A DNA stretch of 64,000 bases from the human T2T-CHM13v2.0 reference genome, Homo sapiens, in the NCBI RefSeq assembly GCF_009914755.1, contig NC_060927.1; one strand, 5' to 3'. Positions 17,246-30,614 of this stretch are shown piece after piece. The notes under the pieces were generated by a model that was not told the DNA's origin, made no database searches, and saw only the letters and a list, made by a program, of their open reading frames with translations. The position numbers and the translations under genes were made by a program. The stretch's first letter is position 1. The number at the start of each line of letters is the position of its first letter.

Positions 17246-17600
17246 ATGGCTTTCAGTGCTTTGACAAAACCTCAGATATGTGGTCTTCTGGCCAAGTGTC
17301 TGTGATTTCATATTGTGGGAGCATTCCTTATATCCCTGGGGTTGCAGCTCTCTGTTTGCTGTGGCTGAACCAAAACAGAAAGGACATGCTGATTTCTACA
17401 GAAGTTATGATTCCATGAAAGAATCTGAGATGAAGAGTGCTATTATGTTTCAGAGTGCAAAGTGATTTTGGAATATAAAGAATTTCTTTGGACTGAATCA
17501 TTAATACACAGAAGTTTGTCTTTGACTTGTGTTCCTGAACTATGAAACATGAACATGTGGCCTAATAGTTTCTCTTGATAAATCAACAGTTAACAAATAA
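17246..17600 (+). pseudogene. COX6C (cytochrome c oxidase subunit 6C) processed pseudogene in TOPBP1 intron 25
   Basis: Intronless; translates [35 protein letters not shown] /frameshift/ [23 protein letters not shown]...FQSAK*. Premature TGA at 17303-17305. Followed by a 3'UTR-like stretch and an A-rich tail. Confidence 0.9.
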
Positions 17601-18158
17601 TATAAATAACTAAAGTACTGATGAACACAAACAGTATTTCAAGATGCTTGCAATTACAATGCAAAACAGAAACGTGATTTCTGTTAGTGCAAAATTACAG
17701 GTACAGTTGATAGTGTTGTGATTTGTTGCCTAGACCTTTCATTAAAGGAAGTGCTAGTTTTCTCAAAGCATGATGTAGGCTGTTTAAAATTTAAAAAAAA
17801 AAAAAAAAAGACCGGAAGTGCTAATTTTCAATTAGAGGTTAGTAAAAATAAGGATGTATTTTTCTCCCCATGCAAAGTACATGGCCTTCCCAGATTTGAT
17901 CTACAAATTCCTTTGAGAAGGTCTGTGGACTCAGGTCAAGAACCCCTGACATTAGATGCTGAAAAGATTCTTTGGAAGAAATGCAATATGGGCCACATTT
18001 TACATATATAAATTATTTTTAAAAGAGCCATCAAAAATTTGGGGAAAAAAGACAAGTAGAATCATTATTTCCTGAAGCACATTCTCTTTTAAAAAAAATG
18101 TGAAAGAGTCACAATATTGAATGCTATTTGTATTACCTATATAATTGTGTTTTAATAC

Positions 18159-18296
18159 CTCAACAATGCCAGATTCTTGTCTTTGCTGGATTTTTTTTCT
18201 CCATCTCATTGCTGCAAGTGCTAGTCTTCGTTGCTGTACATTGATTCCAGTCAAAACATCAAGTATGGAACTACTTCCCCATTCATAGTCTTCTTC
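18159..18296 (-). CDS. TOPBP1: TOPBP1 exon 25 (EEDYEWG...GIVE)
   Basis: ctag|GAA...GAG|gtatta; 138 nt. Confidence 0.96.
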
Positions 18297-18955
18297 CTAG
18301 AGAATTTGTCCAACAAACCTGAGTTGTTACAGTCTGGGGAGCCACTGTGCAACATACAGGGCTCCTCAAGGAGCCCAAAGTCTAATAACTGTTAAAGCTA
18401 TACATTTAATTGTTACAAATACAGACAGTACTAAGTAAATATTGTTTTATGAGCATGGAGGAAATGTAGATTAGTTTCATATAAGAGTCAAGTATATTTG
18501 GCTTTTAATTAGAAATCAGAAAAATACCACATACATTTTTAAGAAACAAAATGATAGCTATATCTTGGCAACTGGTAATATTCAGATGGACAAATTTCAC
18601 CTGCTGTAAGACTAACTTCATGAAAGGACACAGTCTCAGAGGAGGTATGTACTGATAACTTGATTATCTGTCTATGTAGTAAAGATGAAAGCTTACAATG
18701 AGATAATCTTGAAACTTTCTAAGAAAATGTTATTTCAATTAAAAACAACACTAACATTCAAATTAAATCATTTAAAAAGTGATTAAAGGTGAACCTGGCT
18801 CTGCGAAGTTTCGTTGTTTGGCTTTGTTATTGAAAAAGCTGGTATACTCTAACTGGCCATATTTGGTTATTTCAATTTTATGAGCAGTCAGCAAATGTGA
18901 TGAAATCTGAGATTTACTTTTTTAAGTAAATAAATAAATTTGTCTGTTTCTTCCT

Positions 18956-19492
<537 letters not shown>

Positions 19493-19543
19493 TGGACACT
19501 TGCTTTTAAAGAAAAATAAACTTCCACAAATCTGAATACATAC

Positions 19544-19707
19544 CTGCACGAAGTGTCCAGCAGTCCTGCAGGCTTCAAGGTAGGAGCGATGAAGCACCCA
19601 CTTCCCAGCTGCCACTGAGGCTAAATACTTCTCGTTTCGAAGTGGATGTCCCACAACAATGTGTGTACAGGTGGGATCAAAGCACTGCTTTTCTATCACC
19701 AATCCAC
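19544..19707 (-). CDS. TOPBP1: TOPBP1 exon 24 (BRCT7: [15 protein letters not shown]...HFVQ)
   Basis: ttaag|GT...CAG|gtatgt; 164 nt. Confidence 0.96.
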
Positions 19708-20029
19708 CTTAAGCAGAGAAAAATGGATTGTACTTTATTGATTCCCAACTTCTTTCTAGGAAAAATGTAATCTCAACTACGCATAGAAATTATTTATAAA
19801 TAAAATGCCCCAAACCATTTAAACCAAAAAAACTTGACTTACTTAGAATTATTTTACTTTATATACATATATATATGTATTAAAATGTTTATTATGAACA
19901 TTTTAAATACAAAAATAAAATAGTAAAATGAACCCCCACACATATACTAGCTACCTATATTCTAAAATTATCCAAATTCTGCCACCTTTTTTTGCTTAAC
20001 TACTTAATTTTATTCTGTTTTAATTTTAA

Positions 20030-20359
<330 letters not shown>

Positions 20360-20935
20360 TAAGTATTTCAGTATGCATCTCTAGAATATATGGAAATTTT
20401 CTTAAACAGCCATAATGCCATTATCAGATCTAATAGGATTAACAAAGATTCTTTGCTGTCTCAGTACTAAATCCTTGTTCAATTTTTCCTGTTTGTCTTC
20501 ACTTGGATTGTTATAATTAGGATACAAAAAGAAATAGAACATAAACATGAGCCACACGCTGTAGTTGGTTATGTCTCTTAAGTCTCAATTACAAAAGCAG
20601 TTTTCAAGCACCGAATATGGGTAACCAGGGAGATGGAAGTAAGATAGGGGCATCTGCAGACTTTAAAACAGGAGGAAATTTTTTATGAGTGGAAATAATG
20701 TCGGCAGACCAACAGAGAAGCTTGGGAAGAAAACACACACAGATAAATAAGAGATGAAGCAGCAGGTGGGAAAAAGCAATAATTGAACCTCTTCTCAGAT
20801 ATAAATGCATGAAGCCTGACTTTGAGGAAAGAAGAAGGCATAAGTAAACATAAGCTTATGTAAAGCATGGCTGTTGATTTATAGCTTAGAGGTTAACTTG
20901 ACCACTGGTTGGGCAGAGTTAGTTATATCAAGGAC

Positions 20936-21242
20936 TTTTTTTTTTTTTTTTTTTTGAGACGGAGTCTCACTCTGTCACCCAGGCTGGAGTGCAGGAGTGC
21001 AGTGGCGCGATCTCGACTCACTGCAACCTCTGCTTCCCGGGTTCAAGCAATTCTCTGCCTCAGCCTTCTGAGTAGCTGGGATTACAGGTGCCCGCCACCA
21101 CACCTGGCTAATTTTTGTATTTTTAGTAGAGACGGGGTTTCACCATGTTTGCCAGGCTGGTCTTGAACTCCTGACCTCATGATCTGCCCACCTCAGCCTC
21201 TCAAAGTTCTGGGATTACAGGTGTGAGCCACCACACCCGGTC
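20936..21242 (-). mobile_element. Alu
   Basis: Antisense dimer; TSD atatcaaggacttt. Confidence 0.92.
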
Positions 21243-21299
21243 ATATCAAGGACTTTCTAAGATTTTAACAAAACATTCAAACTCATGATTTAAGATGAC

Positions 21300-21475
21300 T
21301 CTAATAATAATAGCAGCAACACCTTCTGAGCATTTATTTTATGCCAGGAACTACTTAAAGTGCTCCAGATTACTAACTCATTTAATTCTCACAACCATAT
21401 GAAGGAAGGTTACTATTATTATCTGCATTTATGCACATGAAAACTGGTAGAGCACCTTACTCAGGATCACAGAGT
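21300..21475. mobile_element. MIR fragment
   Basis: aactcatttaattctcacaac...tattattatctgcattt...gaaaactg core. Confidence 0.6.
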
Positions 21476-21962
21476 GACAAAAAGACAAGAAGGTAAAATT
21501 CCATATTAATATATAAACATCAATTTCCAATTCTACATAACAAACTTATTCTGCGACCCAGACAACATAATAGACTGATTTATATACATATATATCAGTT
21601 GGCCACAGTTGCTTCATTTATAAAATGAAGGATTGGGCATAATATCTATTATAATGTCTCTTTGCATTCTAATATTGGAAAACCTCTAGAGTTACAAGAC
21701 TCTGAATTCCAACATAATCTGTACTCATCTGCCTCTGCTTCCTGCCCTCTTCTAGATCAATTCTCTGCTAATTGCTGTCACTCTTCCCCAAAGTTTGCAG
21801 AGATGGAAAAATCTATAGGAGACTGACACTTGAAGCCTTTCATTTTCATGAGTTCTGGGTAAAGCTTAGCAATTCTGACTTATAACCTCACCTAAGTTAT
21901 CAGGGAACTGGGAAACAAAGTGTTTTGTATGAGTAAAGTTTCTAAGAAGAAACAGTTTTTCC

Positions 21963-22184
21963 ACACCGGGGCCTGTCCTGGGGTGGGGGGAGGGGGGAGG
22001 GATAGCATTAGGAGATATACCTAATGAAAATGACAAGTTAATGGGAGCAGCACACCAACATGGCACATGGATACAAATGTAACAAACCTGTAGGTTGTGC
22101 ACATGTACCTTAGAACTTAGAGTATAATAATAATAATAAAAAAATAAAAAAAAATAAAGCTGTGAGCTTCACCCGCAAAAAAAA
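21963..22184 (+). mobile_element. 5'-truncated L1PA 3' end with a short 3' transduction
   Basis: L1PA 3'UTR (ggggagggatagcattaggagatatacctaatg...agaacttagagtataataa), A tail, 18-nt tag, second A tail, TSD. Confidence 0.88.
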
Positions 22185-22335
22185 GAGAAAGTTTTTCCAA
22201 GTATACAACTGTATTTGACATAAATCTTTTTTTTTTTTTTAAAGCATATCATAGTTTTCCACATTCTTAAAAAGACAGCATTAAATAACATTTAATCTTT
22301 TCCTGATACTTCAGGGCCACTATTAAGAACCATTA

Positions 22336-22705
<370 letters not shown>

Positions 22706-22730
22706 TTACTATAGTTTTCCTAACTCTATA

Positions 22731-23141
22731 GAGCTTTGTTCAACAGAGTAGCCACTAGACATCTGTGGCTATCAAACACCTGAAGCACAGTTAGTCCAAA
22801 TTGAGATGTGCTGTAAGTTAAATAAACACTAGATTTTTACTTTATATAAAAAAAAACTCACTGATATTTTATCTGATCACATATTGAATGATAAATATAT
22901 GTTTAAAGTTCATTTCACTTGTTTCATTTTACTTTTTATTTTTGAGATGGGGTCTCACTATGTTGCCCAGGCTGGTCTTGAATTCCTAGGCTCAAGCAAT
23001 CCTCCTACCTCAGCCCCCCAAAGTCTGGGATTACAGGTGTGAGCCAATGCACCCAGCCTCTTTTTAGTTTTTAAAATGCAGCTACTAGAGAATTTAAAAT
23101 GACCTATGTGGTTCACATTCTGTTTCTATTGGACAGTGCTG
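22731..23141. mobile_element. MER33-like hAT element interrupted by a FLAM/Alu monomer (~22940-23058)
   Basis: gtagccactagacatctgtggcta...ttctattggacagtgctg. Confidence 0.65.
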
Positions 23142-23274
23142 CTCTAGTATACCAGATTGCTCTTTTACTATGCTGCTTCTAGAATGATGTCAGGTGGAGA
23201 GCCTGACAACCAGTGGAATAAGAATAATGTTACATAAGAAGGAGCTCTCTTCCACACTGAATTCTTTCTTTTCC

Positions 23275-23574
23275 CTTTTTTTTTTTTTTTGAGACAGAGT
23301 CTTGCTTTGTCACCCAGCCTGGAGTACAGTGGCGCTATCTTGGCTCATTGCAACCTCCGCCTCCCAGGTTCAAGCGATTCTCTTGCCTCAGCCTCCTGAG
23401 TAACTAGGATCACAGGCATGTGCCTCTACGTCTCGCAAATTTTTTTGTATTTTTAGTAGAGACAGGGTTTCACCATGTTGGCCAGCCTAGTCTTAAACTC
23501 CTGACCCCAGGTGATCCGCCCACCTCAGCCTCCCAAAGTGCTGAGATTACAGGCACGAGCCACCGTGCCTGGCC
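23275..23574 (-). mobile_element. Alu
   Basis: Antisense dimer. Confidence 0.9.
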
Positions 23575-23966
23575 TCCACACTGTTTCTAACTGGAAACAA
23601 ACAAACAAAAAAACAAGAGGGAGCTCCTCTCTAGATATTATTAACCTTTCAAGTTCATTAAAATGTGGTTTTATTTATATAGTAAGTCTTTAAAGCTTCA
23701 TTAGTGAATGAATAGTCAAACAGCACAGAAGATTCTTAAACCTCAACTGCTAGATTCCATTTGAATTTTAAATCCCATGATCTACTGACTTTAGAGCTTT
23801 TTAAAATCAAAGTTCCAATGCTGACTCAATGTATAGCCTTAGACAAGTTACCCATGTTCTTTTCCTCTACTTCTAGACTTTACAAATGATATTAATATTG
23901 ACTACATTTGACTTCCAAATATGGTTATTATATGGGACATTTTGGATTTAAGTAAAATACTGGTAC

Positions 23967-24078
23967 CTAGTTTCTCAATCAGATGACAATAGTCAATACG
24001 TTCTTGAGGATTCAGAGATGATAACTGAAATATGTACTGTTTTTTTAATTCTTCATGAGTCTCCTCTATCGTTATAAT
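23967..24078 (-). CDS. TOPBP1: TOPBP1 exon 23 ([10 protein letters not shown]...IEKL)
   Basis: ttccag|ATT...TAG|gtacca; 112 nt. Confidence 0.96.
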
Positions 24079-24312
24079 CTGGAATGAAAGTTTTATTTTA
24101 GAAAAAATTAACATTAAAAATGATCAGATACACAGTTCTTTTATAGTGGTATTTTACTCAGTCTTCTAAGTTATGAAATATACAAATAATGATACAATGC
24201 AAAAAATAGTTTTCAACATTTGATGAAGCCTTGATATTGACATCAACAAATTTCTAATACAGCCTAACAGCAGTATGCAAAAGCTGTATCACCATATTAA
24301 GGATCAACAAAC

Positions 24313-24479
24313 CTTTTCTCTAGGGTGCGGAGCCACAGGGGGGTTGGCGAGTGGAAAGGCAATACTGGGGGCTTGAGGCGTAGGGATCAGGTGGCTGTCT
24401 TTTATGGGAGTTTCCAGTTCTTCAGAGATTGGGTGTTTGGGAGCTTCAGTCACACGTATGTTTCCAGGATCACAGACAG
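24313..24479 (-). CDS. TOPBP1: TOPBP1 exon 22 (AVCDPGN...PREK)
   Basis: ctcag|CT...AAG|gtttgt; 167 nt. Confidence 0.96.
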
Positions 24480-25365
24480 CTGAGGACAATAAAATGCTGC
24501 AGTGTGACAGGATCCAAATAAGACTAAAAACAAATTCTAGGAAATATTCTCATCTGTCTTAGTCAAGATGAAGTCAAGCACAAACTCTGGAATGTAAAAA
24601 GTACAGGCAAAAAAGTATCCTATCCCCAGAACTTATAAATAAATGCATCCCATCTGCATGTGACAATAATAACAATAAAGAAAAAATGCAATTTATTAGC
24701 ATTAAACAGAGCAAGTGTGTTATCTGTGGGCTTCTCCCAACATTTTCCTTAAATACCAAGTTTTCATTGTTAAGTGTAACCCAAATTTGTAACATGAGAG
24801 CAATTCTACACTTGGAGAAAAGCAGAAGCAGAGATAAATCTATATATCTAATGGGAGGTCATCATGCAATGTGAAAAAGAAGAAAAGGAAGAAAAAAGAT
24901 GAGAGATAGGAAAATTTTGTTTTTAAGGTAAAGCTCAAGGAAGAAAAAAAATAGGAGAATTCAGAAAGAAACTCATACAATCCAAAGAACAAATGTAGGT
25001 ATGTGCTAGGCAGAATTCAAAAGACTTAAATGAAAATAAGATGATAGGAAGAAAAACCAAGCATTAACTCCACAAACACAAAAAGGGTTAGCTAGAATAA
25101 AAGAACAATGGTAGACACCATGTCTAGAAAAAAACGCCCAATTCTAAATTTCCAAATTTATGAAAATGTTTTTCAATTTACTGATGAAGTACCTCAATTT
25201 ACAAATTATTTTTCTGGCTCAAGTTTAAACCAAAACCAGAAATATCTACGAAGTTTTTTTTGTTTGCACATTCAGATCAGAGAACTACAACATGCTCATC
25301 TGTTTATCTTTAAGAGGTCAACATGTACTTAATACAAACAAATGCAAAGATTTCTTTCTTGTTAC

Positions 25366-25586
25366 CCTGTTTAGCAATTTCTGAATCATGTAAAGGCTTT
25401 TGAAAAGGAGAATCCTCCAAGTTTTGAATGTCAACCTGAAGCTCAGAGTATTGTGTGGGACAACTAGGCCACTGCAAATTGCTGGCAAGCCTTGCTCTCT
25501 CCTCCCTTGCTGTAGGGTCATCCCAAATGATCTGTTCATTTTGGGAAGGCTCTGTGTTGACATCAGGTACTGTCTGACGAGACTGC
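25366..25586 (-). CDS. TOPBP1: TOPBP1 exon 21 (ATR-activation domain core: S1138-Q, W1145, S1159)
   Basis: ttag|G CAG...CAG G|gtaaca; 221 nt; TGG for W1145 at 25523-25525. Confidence 0.97.
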
Positions 25587-27308
25587 CTAAGGAATAGAAG
25601 TGACAGTTTAAATAAACAGCAATAACAAATCCAAACTCATTAAATCCATAAGTTAGACCATAAAAGTTGTGGCTCACCTTTATATGCCCACCATCTAGCA
25701 CACAGTATGCATTAAAAATATTAAATAAATGAACCTAGGGACATTTTTTTTTTTAAAAAAGGTTTAAGGTTTCTTCCAGAAAAGTTATCTGTTTTAGCTA
25801 GGAACACATATTTTGACTACATGTCTACAGAACTAAAACTTCAAAGGAGAAATTCAACAGTGTCAAGAAATTTTTTAAAAATACTAAAGTAATTGGTACA
25901 TTTAAAAATGTGATTTTCCTTAATTATACAGGTTAGGGAAACAGGGTAATGTTTCAAACACTATGGTTACTTTACTTAACAGTAGTTATATTTTTTAATT
26001 ACTTGAAATTATAAGCACTATGATTACATGGGAGGCTTGCTGTAAAGGCTGCCTTATCAGAAGGGCCTTTTGGCTATTGGTAACCACTTTCCAGAGTCTA
26101 CGGTGGAACAGCAATATGCTGAATTACAGGGAAGTGCATTTTATGGTGCGATTGTAATGATTCCACGTGACAGTAAACAGAAGTCCTATAATTTTCTTTA
26201 TATTCACTCATTCATTCATTCTTAGTAAAAATAATTTACCATAAAACTTACACTGTGGAGAAGCAAAAAAAAAAAAAAACAAAAAACAAAAAACAAAACA
26301 AAACACCAAAACCCATAAAACAATTTACCAAAGGAACCCCCAAATAGTTCCTTTGCTTCAAAAATAAAGAATATAGCCTTTTATTCTCACACTATATTTA
26401 TTTACTCTGATTTGGTACAGGATTTAGGTTCTCTATAATGATAAAACATGATCTGAAGCATATTAAAAAGCTACTTTACTCAGTACTGAGATAATGAACT
26501 GCCTCATGTAATACAGTTAGCGTAAGATAAATGCTAGTTTATCTTATACTTAATTCAATTAGTCAACTGAAAATACAAGTCCCATAATTCTTATCACACA
26601 ATTATAGATTTTTTTCTTCTATCACGAAAAAGATGAAGTTATGCAACTGAGCTTAAGTCACATCACACTAGAAACTGTAATCACCTTTTCTAGAAGATAA
26701 ATTTTACAAGGAGAATACAAAATGCATGCAAAATCCCAACAAAAATAACTTTAAGATTTTACATATTGCATTAGAAAAAGACTCTGAAAAAATATATATG
26801 TACTTATTGTTTAATACAAATACTATTGAATACTAATACTAAAGAGCAGAGAGAACTGCCTACTGAATCCATTTCAAATGAGGCAAATTAGATCTTAAAA
26901 TCATTTCTTTCTCAACGGAGGTAATAAAAAGTATCAATCATGCCTCACTGTGAAGCAGGTGCTGCTGTAAGACAAATCTCCATGTCTGCTCCACCTCCGA
27001 GTAAGAAATCTAGAACTGCTGGGAGCAAGAAATGGAAGGACAAGCTAGAACGAAAAATCTAGTCAGCAGAGAGCCAAAAGCAATAGATAATACTGGAATA
27101 TAATATTTACTGTTTGGGCTAAATAAGGCCTAGGCATATAACCCCTTCACTAGTCTTGATATTTAAATTTCCGCTTTTACTGCATATTGGGGAAAAAAAG
27201 AAAAAAAAGCTAAATTAGGCCAAGCTCATGGAATTGAGTCAGCAGCAGGTACGTAAATCCTTTCTCTCAAGTCATCTAGTCTTTCTGCCATCAGTGACAG
27301 GTACACAC

Positions 27309-27501
27309 CTCAGTGCCTCTAGGACTCTACTTCGTCCACTGCGAGCAGAGCGAGTGCTGTCAGGGGTTGAAGATGCGCTGTTACAACCACTTCTTGAAAG
27401 GGAAGTCCTCTGCCCTTGGGGTTTCACTATTGATGTTGCAGACATTATCTCCTGTAACTGCTTCTGAAAGTTCTCTCTCATCTCTAAGGTCTGTGTCAGA
27501 A
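27309..27501 (-). CDS. TOPBP1: TOPBP1 exon 20 ([18 protein letters not shown]...EALR)
   Basis: tcaag|TT...GAG|gtgtgt; 193 nt. Confidence 0.96.
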
Positions 27502-27730
27502 CTTGAAACAAACACAAATACACCATTCAAGGTAAGTTCCTCTTTTTTACCATATCTTACATTAACTATTTTGTTTAGACCTGGTTGAACACAAACTTAT
27601 TGACTTGACATTTACTGAATATTAACTACAGGCTATAGTAATGTACTAAGACTATGAATACTGCAGAACATAAAAAGCAGCCCTTACCACAAGCACTGTA
27701 TATGAAATAACTAGGAAGCCCTTCAAATAC

Positions 27731-28027
27731 TTTTTTTTTTTTTTTTTGGTGATAGTCTAGCACTGTCGCCCAGGCTGGACAGTGGTGCGACCTCGGCTCA
27801 CTGCAACCTCCACCTCCCAGGTTCAAGCAATTCTCCCTGCCTCAGCCTCTCAAGTAGCTGGGATTACAGGTGCCCATCACCATGCCGGGCTAATTTTTGT
27901 ATTTTTTAGTAGAGACGCGGTTTCGCCACGTTGGCTAGGCTGGTCTTGAACTCCTGACCTCAGGTGATCTGCCCACCTCAGCCTCCCAAAGTGCTAGGAT
28001 TACAGGCATGAGCCACCGTGCCTGGCC
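27731..28027 (-). mobile_element. Alu
   Basis: Antisense dimer; TSD cccttcaaa.ac. Confidence 0.9.
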
Positions 28028-28175
28028 CCCTTCAAAGACATTTCATCAAGACCTGTAGTGATTATCCCTCTGTAAAGCTCCCTGCCTGCTTCTGACTCTC
28101 ATGGTATGTACTACACTCTGAGATGTCTTATAGTCATTTGTGTATGTGTCTGATTTTTCCCAAAGATTCTTTTAA

Positions 28176-28465
28176 TTTTTTAGAGACAGAGTCTTGCTCT
28201 GTGGCCCAGGCTGGACTGCAGTGGTATGGTCATAGCTCATTATAACCTCTAACTCCTGGGCTCAAGTGATCCTCCAGCCTCAGCAACCTGAGTAGCTGGC
28301 ACTACAGGTGTACATTACCACGCCCAGCTAATTTTTTAAATTTTTTGTAGAGACAAGGTCTCACTATGTTGCCCAGGCTGATCTGGAACCCCTAGCATCA
28401 AGCAATCCTCTTGCCTTTGCCTCCCAAAGCTCTGAGATTACAGGTGTGAGCCACCGTGCCCAGAC
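28176..28465 (-). mobile_element. Alu (AluJ-like)
   Basis: Antisense dimer. Confidence 0.88.
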
Positions 28466-28501
28466 TCCCCAAAGGCTCTTGAAAACACAGACCACAACAT
28501 A

Positions 28502-28830
28502 CATCCAGCCCTCCACATCCACCGGTTCTGCATGCATGGATTCAACCAAGTATGGATCAGAAATATTTTAAAGACATAAAAATGAAAAATATCACAATTA
28601 AAAGTACCAGTAAAAAAAATAAAATATAACTATTTACAAAACATTTACAGTGCATTAGGTATTATAAGTAATCCAGAGATGATTTAAAGTATACAGGAGG
28701 ATGTGCATTGGTTAAATTCAAATCCTATGTCATTTTATACATAAGGAACTTAAGCATCTGTGGATTTTGGTACCTGAGGTAAGTCCTCGGAACCACTGCC
28801 ACATGGATACCAAGGGACAAGACAACTGTA
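28502..28830. mobile_element. MER2-like Tigger element
   Basis: catggattcaaccaa...ttaggtattataagtaatccagagatgatttaaagtatacaggaggatgtgc...ggataccaagggac. Confidence 0.8.
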
Positions 28831-29123
28831 TTTACCTTTGGTTTTCTTTAAAGCCTAAACTCTGGAGTAAGTATTAAATAAATGCATTTGGAATGAACAG
28901 AGTGAGACTAACCAAATAGGTAAGTCATAGGGAAAGCTTTGGTAGGTTAGAATGAGTAAGGAAAACAGAACATATTAAATCTATTAAAAGACATCCATGT
29001 ATAAGGTTATTCACTGCAGTACTATTTATAAAAGCAAGAAAGTAGAAATAACCTAAATGCCTATTAAGAATGGATGCCTAAACAAAGTGGGACCATTCAT
29101 AATGAATACAATACAGTTGCCCA

Positions 29124-29240
29124 AAAAGAAAGAAAAGGGAAGAAAGAAGGAAAGGGAAAGGAAGGGAAGAGGGAAAGGAGAGGAAGGGGGACAGGAAGGA
29201 AAGGGAGGGAAGGAAGGAAGAAAAGCAAGAAAGAAAAAGA
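29124..29240. repeat. GA-rich/(GGAA)n low-complexity purine tract
   Basis: Near-pure purine run. Confidence 0.85.
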
Positions 29241-29267
29241 CTAAAGAAGCTCCTAGTTATCTACTGA

Positions 29268-29649
<382 letters not shown>

Positions 29650-30098
29650 TATGTGTTTGTTTGTTTTTTTTTAATGGGGGAAAAACATATTTACGGCTAT
29701 ATATGCATAAAGCAGCTCTAGAAGGATACATAAGGAACTAATAACACTGGGGGGCTGGAGAATAAGGGTGGAAGAAACTCTTCATATGTCTTTTTGTATC
29801 TTTAAAACCATGTGGATATGGTAAAATATATTGTACATATAAGAAAACTTTTTGAAAATCACTCAAAAGAACTGGACCAAAGACTAGATTTTTAAAAAAT
29901 CACCAACTTCACCTACCTTTAATGGAATAGGGCTGTATCACACTAACTCCATAAAAACCTAGTTTCATAAATTTCATAAGCTTTACACTTAAACTACATA
30001 AAACTTTGCAAATTATCACTTAATGATCAGCATGGGACCACAAATCAATCCTCTAATATATGCTTTGCTTGTATTTAGTAATTTAAACATATTTTACA

Positions 30099-30218
30099 GC
30101 TGGGTGCAGTGGCTCACAAGGCAGGAGGATCCTTTCAGCCCAGGAGTTTCAGACCAGTGTGGGCAAGATGACAAGACCCCATCTCCACAAAAAATTGAGA
30201 CCTTGTCTCAAAAAAAAT
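30099..30218 (+). mobile_element. FLAM/Alu left monomer
   Basis: gctgggtgcagtggctcac...agaccagtgtgggca. Confidence 0.7.
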
Positions 30219-30247
30219 TTTTTTAATTAAAAAATAAAATATTTTAC

Positions 30248-30350
30248 CTCCTTTAGAGTCATTCTTTCCACTTCCATTTGATGGTGCTGACTCTTTATTA
30301 TTGGTGGCCATATTGTCTACATCATTTTCTTCTAAAATCAAAGGATCTGG
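30248..30350 (-). CDS. TOPBP1: TOPBP1 exon 19 (PDPLILEEND...DSKG)
   Basis: aatag|CCA...GAG|gtaaaa; 103 nt. Confidence 0.95.
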
Positions 30351-30467
30351 CTATTGAAAAAGAAAAATTATAAATTCTCAAACCAAGCCACTGTATAAGG
30401 TTTCATAGCAATATATGATTATACCTTTAGCTTAAGAGGGGGTAAATGTATCATCCATATCTCCTAC

Positions 30468-30614
30468 CTCATCATCCTTTGTTGAAGACACAGCTGAGAG
30501 TAGTCGACTATTACAGAGCCGGCCATCTTGCACTGCGCTGATATCCAAGCTCATTTTGGGATTATAAGTATGTGGATAAAGAGATTCAGGAAGATGTTTA
30601 CACTCTTGGGCACA
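30468..30614 (-). CDS. TOPBP1: TOPBP1 exon 18 (CAQECKHLPE...KDDE)
   Basis: tgcag|TGT...GAG|gtagga; 147 nt. Confidence 0.96.

Larger units (their letters stand above)
16629..17948 (+). mobile_element. hAT-Charlie-type DNA element hosting a THE1 LTR and the COX6C retrocopy
   Basis: TIR caggggttct..taacct (split by the LTR) versus aggtcaagaacccctg. Confidence 0.6.

Noticed and set aside
17280-17465. 61-aa ORF as a functional COX6C paralogue
   Set aside because: Only its second half is in the COX6C frame; the true frame has a stop at 17303 and a frameshift.
26982-27062. Plus-strand 26-aa ORF MSAPPPSKKSRTAG... with an NLS-like look
   Set aside because: Too short, antisense to TOPBP1, and without promoter or homology support.
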